Below, in pieces: positions 52,907 to 64,000 of a DNA stretch of 64,000 nt. Under the pieces are notes generated by a model that saw only the letters and a program-made list of their open reading frames with translations, was not told where the DNA came from and did no database searches. Position 1 is the stretch's first letter; each line of letters opens with the position of its first letter. The translations under genes and the position numbers were made by a program. Source of the stretch: Paraspadella gotoi (lineage: Eukaryota; Animalia; Chaetognatha); assembly GCA_051294375.1 (NCBI GenBank), contig CM119270.1, positions 15,623,845-15,687,844 of the forward strand, read 5' to 3'.

Positions 52907-53607
52907 CTGGGAAAAGGACCAGGGGATGAGTTTTTGGTTTAGCGAGAGCTCGCGATTCGTTATTAGCGAGCGGAACAGGGAGAGAAAGAAACGAGTATGA
53001 ATGAATGAATTTAATCAAGATCTTGATTTTAAGTCATCCCAAAGTAATAAGTCGCAAAATTTTTAATTAAAAAAAGTGACGCTTCGTGCTAAAACTTTTT
53101 TATGACAAAGACGAGTGATGGATAAAGTCTTAATGCTGACTCCTATGGTTCCACTTTTTTTTTGGTCTGAAAGAAAAAGAAATTTCAAAGATTTTTTTTC
53201 ACGAGAATCTGATGAAACGGCGAACGTCATTTTTTTTTTTTTTTTGAAGGCCAAAGTCTTAGAGAGAAAAAAAATGCTGATTGGTCATTTTTTTTTTAAG
53301 AAAAGAGGATGATTGGGCCGAAGATATGGAAAAGAGAAATCAATTCTCTGGGTGAGAATTAAGAAACTGAAGGACTTATTATTTTCAATCCCATCCCGTC
53401 TTTTAAATTCCATTGATTAGCAACCATGCTAAAAAATCCATGGAATATAAGAAAATTAATATTATTGCGCTAATGAGCTCGAGAGGAGGGGGGGTTGAGA
53501 AATGATATTATTATTAAGATTTGGAAGACTCAGTGGGAAAATATAGAAAATTAAAAAAAAAAAAGCGGTTAGTCGAACGGCTTGAAAATGTTGAATCAAG
53601 AAGAATG

Positions 53608-53765
53608 GTTGAATGCATTGAATTAAGATTGCAAAATGTTTACTGTACTAGTTTTTAATAGTTGAATGCATTGAATTCAGATTGCAAAATGTTTACTGTA
53701 CTAGTTTTTAATAGTTGAATGCATTGAATTCAGTTTGCAGAATTTTTACTGTACTAGTTTTTAAA
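53608..53765. repeat. ~53-bp tandem repeat, 3 copies (mirrored at ~60915-61085)
   Basis: gttgaatgcattgaattcagattgcaaaatgtttactgtactagtttttaata. Confidence 0.9.
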
Positions 53766-54062
53766 CTGAACTCGAATGAAAAGAATGAACGATAATATAT
53801 TGGGCTCTAGAAGTAGAAATTTCGTTTTGTAAAACTGTAGATCTTTAACAAATCTCACTTTAAACAATCTGAACTTAAATCATAATAATTAATGATTAAT
53901 AATTAATCACCGATTAGAACAACATCTTTAATTCTTTTCCGCTGCTATCGTCTTTGTTTTAGACTTCTTACGTCTTTGATCACGTCTCTCTCTATTGACT
54001 CTGTCTCGGTCTTTTCCCTCTTCATATTCGACTTCGTCTTTGCTCTCTTCTATTCGACTCCT

Positions 54063-54148
<86 letters not shown>

Positions 54149-54230
54149 CTTTCTTTTTAAAAAAAAAAAAAGAAAACCCTCTAATCATCTCTCCTCATTA
54201 AAGCGAAACCCGCGAAATTAACCAACTTTT

Positions 54231-54306
<76 letters not shown>

Positions 54307-54571
54307 AGCGGTCGATGACTATTTCGGGAGGCGTCGCCGACTTGTAAACCTTGAATCGCTCTCGGGTGCTTCCTAATGGATCATTTACGGCGAGAGAAGA
54401 TGTTGCCGCGCGCCGAGATGGTGGGGGGGGGGGTCAGGTGGAAAAGAGGGCAGGCCAGGGGGGACGAGGGGGGCGGCATCGGGCGATTAGCGAAGCGAAA
54501 GACGAGGAGACGAAATGGCGAGTTTTATCAATTCGAGGGATGGACGAGAGAGAGAGAGAGAGAGAGAAAAC

Positions 54572-54624
<53 letters not shown>

Positions 54625-55279
54625 AGAGAGAGGATACGCCCACGTTGTAGTCGTTGTTTTCCGTAATATTGTTGTTGTTATTGAGGTAGTTTTCGTCGTG
54701 ATGATGAACGTTGTTTTCCTCGTTGTTGTTGTTGTTGTTGTCGTTGTAGCCAGAGAAGACGGGAAATCGCGGTCGAGTTTTCCTTACAAAAGCTATTGTA
54801 TTACTCTAAGCAATTTTATAGATAATTTGATAATTTCGCTTCTTTAATCAAGCAAAAAGGACGAACCTACTCCGCCACGCCAACAATAAAATATTTTCGA
54901 TAAAAAAAAATATATAAAAAAAAAGACAGGTCTGAGACGCGAACCCGTGACCTATTGGACGGCGAGATCTGACAGTCACGAGAGGTCGCGCGAATCGTCG
55001 GTCGGAATTTCCTTCGCAATAATAAAGTCAGTCGCTGATCGCTCTTTTATTTATGAAGATTCTTTGTGATAAAAGTTTATCGAGTTTTTATTAATAGGAC
55101 GATGGACTTTCACAAAGTCACAAACCACTAATGTGAGATGATTTAAAGGTGAGGTTTACTTAGTAGTTTACTTAATAATTTTATTATATTTCGCCTGATT
55201 ACAGATGAAAAAACATTTTTTCATCGGTCAAAGAAATCAAAATATTTTTTCGTATCGTTGGGAGAAAAAAGCTGCAACC

Positions 55280-55310
<31 letters not shown>

Positions 55311-55521
55311 GAAATTTATTTATAACAATATAGACAACGCCATTTTTTGGTTACTCTCTATATCTAGTATTATTAGTATTATTCACGTCATCAAAGAATT
55401 ATATCAAGAAACATGTAAAGAGTATCACTTTTCAAATCGTAAAATAAACTGTGAGCCTTTTATGAATTGCATTTTTATTCATAATCTCCAACAGTCCAAC
55501 TGTCAATGAAGGAAAGTGTAA

Positions 55522-55558
<37 letters not shown>

Positions 55559-55583
55559 NNNNNNNNNNNNNNNNNNNNNNNNN
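55559..55583. other. Assembly gap, exactly 25 N
   Basis: Counted N run. Confidence 0.99.
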
Positions 55584-56811
55584 AAACTCTCATTCTCTCT
55601 CTTCTCTCTCTCTTTTCTCTCTGCTCGTCTCGTCTCTCGTCGTCATCTCTCCTCTCTCTCGTCTCTCTTCTCTCTCTCTCTCTCTTTCTTCTGAACTGAT
55701 CGAGAAGAATTTTCACGTAAGACGCTCGAGTGAATAAAAACGCAATCAGCGAGAGAGAGAGAGAGAGAGAAGAGAAGAGGAGAGAGAGGAGAGAGAGAGA
55801 GAGAGGACGAGAGAGAGGAGAAGAGAGAGAAGAGAGAGAAGAAAAGAGGAGAGGGGAGTTCCACACTTTCCTTCCATTGACAGTTGGACTGTTGGAGATT
55901 ATGAATAAAAATGCATTTCATAAAAGGCTCACAGTTTATTTTACGAATCTTGAAGAAAAGTGATACTTCTTTTACATGTTTCTTGATATAATTCTTTGAT
56001 GACTGTGAAATAATTACAATAATACTAGATATAGAGAGTAACCATAAAAAATGGCGTTTGTCTATATTGTATATAAAAAAATTTCAACCTGAGAGAGAGA
56101 GAGAGAAGAGGAGAGAGGAGGGTTGCAGCTCTTTTTTCTCCCTACGATACGAAAAAAATATTTTTGATTTCTTTGACCGCATGAAAAAATGGTTTTTTTC
56201 ATCTGTAATCAAGGCGAAATATAATAAAATTATTAAGTAAACTACTAATAAACCCTCACCTTTAAATCAATCTCACCATTAGTGTGTTTGTGACTTTTGT
56301 GAAAGGTCCATCGTCCATATTATAAAAACTCGGATAAACTTTTATTCACAAAGAATCTTCATAAATAAAAGAGCCGATCAGCGACTGACTTTATTATTGC
56401 GAAGGAAATTCCGACCGACGATATTCGCGGCGACCTCTCGTGACTGTCAGATCTCGCCTTCCATAGGTCACGGGTTCGCGGTCTCAGACACTGTCCTTTT
56501 TTTTTAATATATTTTTTTTTTATCAGAAATATTTTATTGTGGCGTGGCGGAGTAGGTTCGTCCTTTTGCTTTGGGAATTAAGAAAGCGAATTAATCAAAT
56601 TATCTATAAAATTGACTTAGAGTAATACATAGCTTTGTAAGGAAAACGCGACCGCGATTTCCCGTCTTCTCTGGCTACAACGACAACAACAACAAAACAA
56701 CGAGGAAAACAACGTTCATCATCACGACGAAAACTATCCTCAAAATAAACAAACAACAATATTAAGGAAAACACAGACGACTACAACGTGGGCGTATCCC
56801 TCTCTCTCTCT

Positions 56812-56848
<37 letters not shown>

Positions 56849-57156
56849 ACGATCTCTCTTCTCGTCTCGTTTACTTCTCTCTTCTCTCTCTCTCTCTCAT
56901 CCTCGAATTGATAAAACTCGCCATTTCGTCTCCTCGTCTTTCGCTTCGCTAATCGCCCGATGCCGCCCCCCTCGTCCGCCCCTGGCCTGCCCTCTTTCCA
57001 CCTGACCCCCCCCCACCATCTCGGCGCGCGCAACATCTTCTCTCGCCGTAAATGATCCATTAGGAAGCACCCGAGAGCGAGTTCAAGGTTTACAAGTCGG
57101 CGACGCCTCCCGGAAATAGTCATCGGACCGCTGTAGAGAGAGAGAGAGAGAGAGAG

Positions 57157-57206
<50 letters not shown>

Positions 57207-57282
57207 AGAGAGGAGAGTGAAAAAGTTGGTTAATTTTCGCGGGGGTTTCGCTTTAATGAAGGAGAAGATGATTAGAGGGTTT

Positions 57283-57349
<67 letters not shown>

Positions 57350-57371
57350 CGAAAAGAAAGAAAAGAGAGAG

Positions 57372-57410
<39 letters not shown>

Positions 57411-57532
57411 AGAGAGAGAAGAGAAAAGAGAGAGGAGAGAGAGAGAGAAGAGAAGTCGAATAGAAGAGAAGCAAAGACGAAGTCGAATATGAAGAGGGAA
57501 AAGTACCGAGACAAGAGTCAATACGAGAGAGA

Positions 57533-60500
57533 CACGGTTTCCTTTTTTTTTTTAACATCGATTTAAAATGCGGGGCATAGGTAGTGCACAAGAAAGAGAT
57601 GTCCCCGGGATAACGTTTCCCGGCACCTTTGGGGCTACAACAAAAAAAAAGGGTAATGCAAATTTTTCCTAATGACAGTTTTTTTATAAAATTAATATAA
57701 ATTAGCTATAAAAATCAAAATAAAGTAGAATAAAAAAAATTAAAATGGTTTAATTTTTTTAAAAAATGAAAAATATCATGGCATCATCCAATAATCGCTA
57801 TGAACAATTTTCTTTTTCGTTGAGTCGCATTAAACCATTAATTCTATCTTAATAGTTTATTTTGTAATAAAATTTTTCTTTATTAAAATATTAATTTTAA
57901 ATTTGTTTTCAAATAATTTTAAATTTAAAAAAAAATTATAATATGTAATGAATTGAAGAAAAATTTCATATTATACGGACTTACCTACCTAATATAGGCC
58001 TTCAAAATACATATAGTAGTAAGTTTATTATGATGATTGTTTTGGCATAGAAAATAAATAATTTATAAAATTAAATATATGAAAAAAATTTTAACTTTGA
58101 AAATTTTTTTTAGCAATAATAAAAACATAATTATTAAATTAATTGTTCATGAATGCTTTAATAGCTACTGGTCAGTTGTAATCATTCTCAATTATAATAA
58201 TTTCTATAACTTTTTTTATTTTAATAATACTGACTGCTATATTTACTTACTGTTTGACAAATCCAAAAATTACTGGTATTAAAAATTATGTATGAAAACG
58301 ATGACGAAAAACTTTTTTTTAAAATCAACATGCTATTTAATTGTTGAAGCTGATATAATATTATCTCTTGGACAAAATTTAAAAAGTTTTAAACAATCCC
58401 GAACTAGACATTTTTAAGGTTGTCAAATGTATAAATATTTGATATTCGGATCAGCTTTGTAGGTTTTTAACTTAATTCATGTAGCCTCCCTTTAATATGA
58501 CACGAAAAGGCAGTATATTTAACAGTTTTTTTTTATTTGGGTGGGATCAAAAGTTCTAATACAGTATTTAAAAACATCAAGTATATTTGTTTAAGTAAAG
58601 TAATTTTTTAATTTTTGAAACATTTTACTTTTTTTTTCTATAATTTTTTTTGACACCGCAAAAACAAATTTCTTTGATTACGCGAAAGAGAATGTGAAAA
58701 ATTAAAAAATAGATGTACCAATAGTTAGAGTTATGTCTAGAATGATGAAAAAAAAAAAAAAACCTTGTTTTAAAAAATTTGATCGAGGAAGTTGGGTAAC
58801 TAAGGCTTACCAACGGTATCCTCCATGCCTGAATCGTTTCTCAATTAATTTTTTTAATTTAAATACATTTTGAAGGGAAAAAAGAAAAAATTCAGAAATG
58901 CAGGGTGGGCATAAAGGGTAGAGAAAATTGTACATAGTTGGACAATGATAATAATGACCTTTTATGTTCTTGCGGTAATGGGTCGCAAGTAAAGAAACCT
59001 AAAAAAAATGCCAATGCATTAAGTCAGTCAATGAACCTCTTTTCGCGACTTTTTTTTTCTTAATTAAAAATGGATGAATAAATAATAGTGAATTAAATTC
59101 CCTTTAATAAAAGGTTGTTATATTTAAAAAGAAAATTAGCAATAAAATTCAACACAATGATGTCTTGCTTTTTGTCAAATATGTCAGCGTTAAGGTAATT
59201 TTTTTTAAAATTTTATTATGATAAACAAGCAAGTATATCAAGATTTTTCTTTGCAGTTGAAGATAATGAAAAATGATTATTTTTTTTTTCAAAACAGACA
59301 AGAAGGTTAGACGTCCCAGACTGTTTTATATCAAGCTGAAACATTTTATTAATTTATCATTTTTCATATTTAAAAAAACAATTTTATCAAGCTAGCTACA
59401 AATTTTTTTTTTTGTGCTTGTTTTTTACTTAACTAAAAAAATACAAGCATTTATAAAGTAGAAAAAATTTAATGATAATTAAAATGTAATTCAGACTTTC
59501 CTCTTTCAATTTACAAAAGAAAAACAAAAAATTTCATATGTCTTCATTGAAATTGTATGCAAGAAAAAACTGTTATACTTTTAACATCGTATTTAATAAA
59601 AAACTGTGTAAGATTTATGGAATAAATTTAACAAACTGTTCTAGAATGTGTCCCATTGATTAGGGCTTTAATTTGATACCACATCCCACCTTGCTCCCTC
59701 TTTTTTTTTTCAAAAAGATATTTCAAAAAATAACTTTTTTTTATTACTTTTTTGCATCTGGCAGTTTTTTTTTTAAAAACAACCTTAACTTTCTTTTTTG
59801 GCCCTAAAAATGTCTAGTTGGAACTGTTTAAAACTTTTAAAATTTTGTCCAAGGATAATTAATATCACATCCACAAAATTAAATAGCAAAATCTGGTTTA
59901 AAAAAAAAGTTTTTGTCTGTTTCATACAGATAATTTTTATATCAGTAATTTTTAGAATTTTGTCAAAAAGTAAGTACATATAGGCATCAGTATTACTAAA
60001 AAATAAAAGAAAGTTATCAAATTATTATAATTGAAAAGGATACCACTGACCCAGTAGCTATTAAAAAGCATCATGAACATTAATTAAAAATTAATGTTCA
60101 TTATGCTAAAGAAAGAAAATTTCAAAAGTTTATAAATTTTTTCAATAATATTTAATTATTTAAATTATTTTTATTTTCCCAATATTCAAAACATAATCAT
60201 AATAAAACTACTAATATATGTATTTGAAGCCTATATTAGGTAGGTAAGTCCTTAATATATAAAATTTTTCTTCATGATTTGGCATAGTTAATAATTTTTT
60301 AATTTAAATTATCTGAAAAAAAATTAAAATAATAATTTTAATAGAAATTTATTAGCAAATAAACTATTAAAGATAGAATAATGGTTATGGACTCAAACGA
60401 AAAGAAAAATTGTTCATAGATTATGGATGATGCATGATACTTTATTTTTAAAGAAAATTTAAAACCAATTTTTTAATTTTTTTTATTCTACTTTATTGAT

Positions 60501-60673
60501 TTTATATAGCTAATTTTAAATATTAATTTATAAAAAAACTGTCAATTAGGAAAAATTTTGATTACCCTTTTTTTGTGTAGCCCCAAAAGGTCGGAAAGAG
60601 TATCCCGGACATCTCATTCTTGTGGGTGCAACTCCATGCCCGATTTAAAATCGAATGTAAAAAGGAACGCGTG
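57533..60673. mobile_element. 3.1-kb non-autonomous fold-back DNA transposon with ~880-bp terminal inverted repeats
   Basis: 57533-58417 is the reverse complement of 59803-60673; termini CACG...CGTG. Absent from the homologous site at 53985-53993. Flanks cgagagaga and cggaaagaga resemble a noisy 8-9-bp TSD. No transposase ORF seen. Confidence 0.85.
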
Positions 60674-63267
60674 CGGAAAGAGACGTGGATCAAAGACGTA
60701 AGAAGTCTATAAACAAAGACGATAGGCAGCGGATAAAGAATTAAAGATGTTGTGTTCTAGATCTGGTTGATTAATATATTAATCTTAATTATTTATGGAA
60801 TTAAGTTCAGATTGTTTTAAAAGTGAGATTGTTAAAGAATCTACAGTTTTACCAAAAACGAAATTTCTACTTCTAGAGGCCCAACTATATTATCGGTCAT
60901 TCTTTCATTCGAGTCAGTTAAAAACTAGTACAGTAAAATTCTGCAGAAACTGAATTCAATGCATTTCAAACTATTAAAACTAAGCTACAGTAAACATTTT
61001 GCAATCTGAATTCAATGCATTCAACTATTAAAAACTAGTTACAGTTTAAACCATTTTGCAATCTTTAAATCAATGCATTCAACCATTCTTTCTTGAGTTC
61101 AACATTTTCAAGCCGTTCGATCTAACGCTTTTTTTTTTTTAATTTTCTATATTTTCCCACTGGAGTCCTTCCAAATCTTAATAATAATATCATTTCTCAA
61201 CTCCCCTCCTCTCGAGCTCATTAGCGCAATAGATATTAATTTTCTTATATCCATGGACTTTTTTGCAATGGTTGCTAATTCAATGGAAATTTAAAAGACG
61301 GAGATGGGAATTGAAAATAATAAAGTCCTTCAGTTTTCTAATTCTCACGCCAGAGAATTGATTCATCTTTCCATATCGTTCGCCCCAGATCATCATCTCT
61401 TTTCGTTAAAAAAAAAATATGACCAATCAGCATTTTTTTTTCCTCTCTAAGACTTTTGCCTGTCAAAAAAAAAAAAAATGACGTCCGCCGTTCATCATCA
61501 GATTCTCGTGAAAAAAATCTTTGAAATTTCTTTTTCTTTCAGACCAAAAAAAAAAGTGGAACCATAGGAGTCAGGCATTAAGACTTTATGCCATCACTCG
61601 TCTTTGTCATAAAAAAGTTTTAGCACGAAGCGTCACTCCAAAATTAAAAAAAAATTTTCTCGAGTTTCAACTAACTCGAAATGTCAAAAACGCTGAGCCG
61701 CCCAACGATATATTTACCAAAAAAAAAAACCAAAAAAAAAAACAAACTAACGATGATAAATCGAAATTCAATACATTCTTGTTTTTTGCGTTTTTTCTTA
61801 CTGTTTCTGCTTAAAAAAAAAACCCGAAACTTTTGCGGAAGACTACTTTCGTTCGAAAACTATAAATATTCTTACCAAACTGTTATTTATAAGTTCACTA
61901 GCCAGCTCCGACTCTTAGATTTTTTGATACACCCGGGATCATTCACGAAGTTCACTCGAGGATTCGTCAGCTGCGTCTCACCTTTCGAATTCAGCACTTA
62001 CCTTTTTGTCTTCCCGGAAATTTTTTCCTCCTTTCTTCTTTCCTTCCTCGCTTCTTCCTTCCTCCACTTTTTACTTTTTATTCCTTTCCTTCTTCCTTTC
62101 CTTCCTTCTTTCCTTCCTTCCCTCCTCCCTCCACTTTTCACTCCTCTTCCTCTCCTTTCCTTCTTCCTCTCCTTCCTTCTTTCCTTCCACCCCTCCTCCC
62201 TCCTCCCTCCACTCTTCACTCCTCTTCCTCTCCTTTCCTGAGGGGGGCGTGTCCCGACGCTCATCATCGTCTCCGTCGCCGTTTCGCTCCCATTTCCTCC
62301 TCCTCCTCCTCCTCCTCCTCCTCTTCGTCCTCAGGTGAGGCGGGTGAGTTATGCAATATGCATGGGGATTAGATATAAATCCCGATCGGCGGAAGAACCT
62401 ACGCATCCAGCGAAGTGGGAGGGAAAAGCGAAAGGAAGGAATGGAGAGGAGAAGGAAGGAGGGGGGAAAAAAGAAAAGAAAGGAAAGGAAAGGAGCGGGA
62501 GAAATGAAAAAATAGAAAGGAAGGAAATTAAAGGTGAAAGAGAAGGCGGGTGGATAAAAATGAAGAGAGGAAAGGAAAGAGGATAAATAGAAATGAGGGA
62601 AAGTAAAGGAGTAGAGGGAGGGAGGAAAAAAGATAAGGAAGGAAAATGAAAAAAGAAGAAAAAAAGAGAGAGAATAAAAGAAAAGGAAGGAATGGAGAGG
62701 AGAAGGAAAGAAAATGGAGGATCGATAATAGGAAAGTTGGAAATGTAAAGGGGAGGAGGAGGTGGCTGGATAAAAAGAAAGGAAAGAATATACAGGAGAA
62801 GGAAGGAGAAAAAAAAAAGAAATCGCTGCGACAGAAAATAATTGGGAATGGAAAGAAATTTGAAAGAAAAAAAAATCCAATAAAAAAGGAGTAAATAAAT
62901 AACAAGCGAGAGCAAAAAAAGAAAATAGGAGAGAGAGATAAGAAAGAAAAGGTAAGGTACATTGACCGAACTTACCGTTGTCACCACGCTCGAGATCAGC
63001 CACCGAACCTTACCTTTTCAAATGATCTGAGTTTGTTCGAGGTTCTTTTTGTTTCCATTTTTTTTTGCCCCACCCCCTTTTCACATTTCTTACCTTTTTT
63101 TTTCCCTCAACCCAATTCTCATTTCTGGATGACTCCCTCTCTCTCTCTCGACTTAAATGTCTCGCGAACCCGAAAATTATATTCGCGCTGGAGAAAATCG
63201 CAGAGAGGGGCGACCGGGGAGGGCGAGGTAAGTAGAGAGAGATTGAGGACGAAGAGACGAGAGGCAG

Positions 63268-63298
<31 letters not shown>

Positions 63299-64000
63299 TC
63301 GAGGGGGACGAGAGAGAGGCAGAGAGACGACCGAAAAAGAGGGAACAAAAATTTAAAGAGAAAGAAGAGAAAGAAAGAAGGACAAGAAGGGGGAGAAAGA
63401 AAGGGCGAAATGAAAGACAAAGAAAGCAGAAAAGAAATGAAGGGAAAGGAAAGAAAGGAAAGAAAAAGAAAGAAAGAGACAGATGGGAGACGATGAGAAT
63501 GACCTCGGCTTGAGACTGATCGAGAGAGATGAAAAAAGGGTAAAGAAGCTTCTTTTGACTCAGGACCAATTGGGAACAATGGGACGGTTCGTTTCTTTCC
63601 CCGACACCTGTAATTGCCTAGGTTTTAGCGCGCGTCGAACTCGGTTCGAGAGTGCTAAGGAACAAGAAAGGGCGGGGGGAGGACCATCTCCTCTCTCCTC
63701 CTATTCTTCTCTTACCCTCTCTCTCCCCCCGCTTTCCGTTGCATTCCCCACTTCTCTTTTCTTGCTGTCTCTCTGCCCCTCTCCTTTCAGGACTTCTCCT
63801 TCTCCCTCCCTCTTCTCTCTCCTCTCTCTCTCTCTCTCTCTCCTTCTCCTCTTCCTTCCTCTCTCTCCTCTCTGTCCTCCTCGTCCCGATTTGAGTCGTC
63901 GCTTCGTTCGCCCCAATGATTATGACATGACGAGAACGACCCGCCCGAGTACAGTGTGAACTCCGGAGTCTATGTTGAAACGGGGGAAATCTCCGAGCGG

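Larger units (their letters stand above)
53050..61660. repeat. Large inverted duplication: 53050-55558 is mirrored by 55860-57532 plus 60674-61660
   Basis: gtgacgcttcgtgcta (53076) vs tagcacgaagcgtcac (61621); acagtccaactgtcaatg (55490) vs cattgacagttggactgt (55876). Centred on a 25-N gap; right arm indel-rich. Confidence 0.92.

Noticed and set aside
54305-54420. DDYFGR...SRVLPNGSFT resembling the missing early C2B exon
   Set aside because: The pieces are in different frames with a stop in both copies, and the copy contiguous with the gene is on the wrong strand.
61870-64000. Several donor-like sites and short GC-rich blocks on both strands
   Set aside because: No consistent exon chain or recognisable protein could be built.

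Overview
Eukaryotic (probably invertebrate) draft-genome window: AT-rich, (AG)n-microsatellite-dense, with spliceosomal GT-AG introns and five N gaps. No prokaryotic features, CRISPR or rRNA/tRNA genes were seen. The main gene is a minus-strand copine (CPNE family). Eight exons (52906 down to 36105) encode the end of C2B and the vWA domain. About ten further minus-strand candidate exons (33663 down to 22135) could add a ~1000-aa disordered tail with PPxY and RVxF-like motifs; that link is inferred, not proven. A second, unidentified low-complexity minus-strand gene runs off the left edge. Three large duplications (5968-15010 direct, 35716-50022 direct, 53050-61660 inverted) each lie beside a gap of exactly 25 N and differ by dense small indels, so they are most likely gap-filling or haplotype artefacts. 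They still expose allelic differences: a 3.1-kb element with ~880-bp terminal inverted repeats, a 3.5-kb unidentified insert with decayed coding sequence, and a VNTR copy-number change. Two copine introns start with minisatellites that copy the exon end plus the 5' splice site. A hAT-like fold-back MITE with an 8-bp target duplication is also present.
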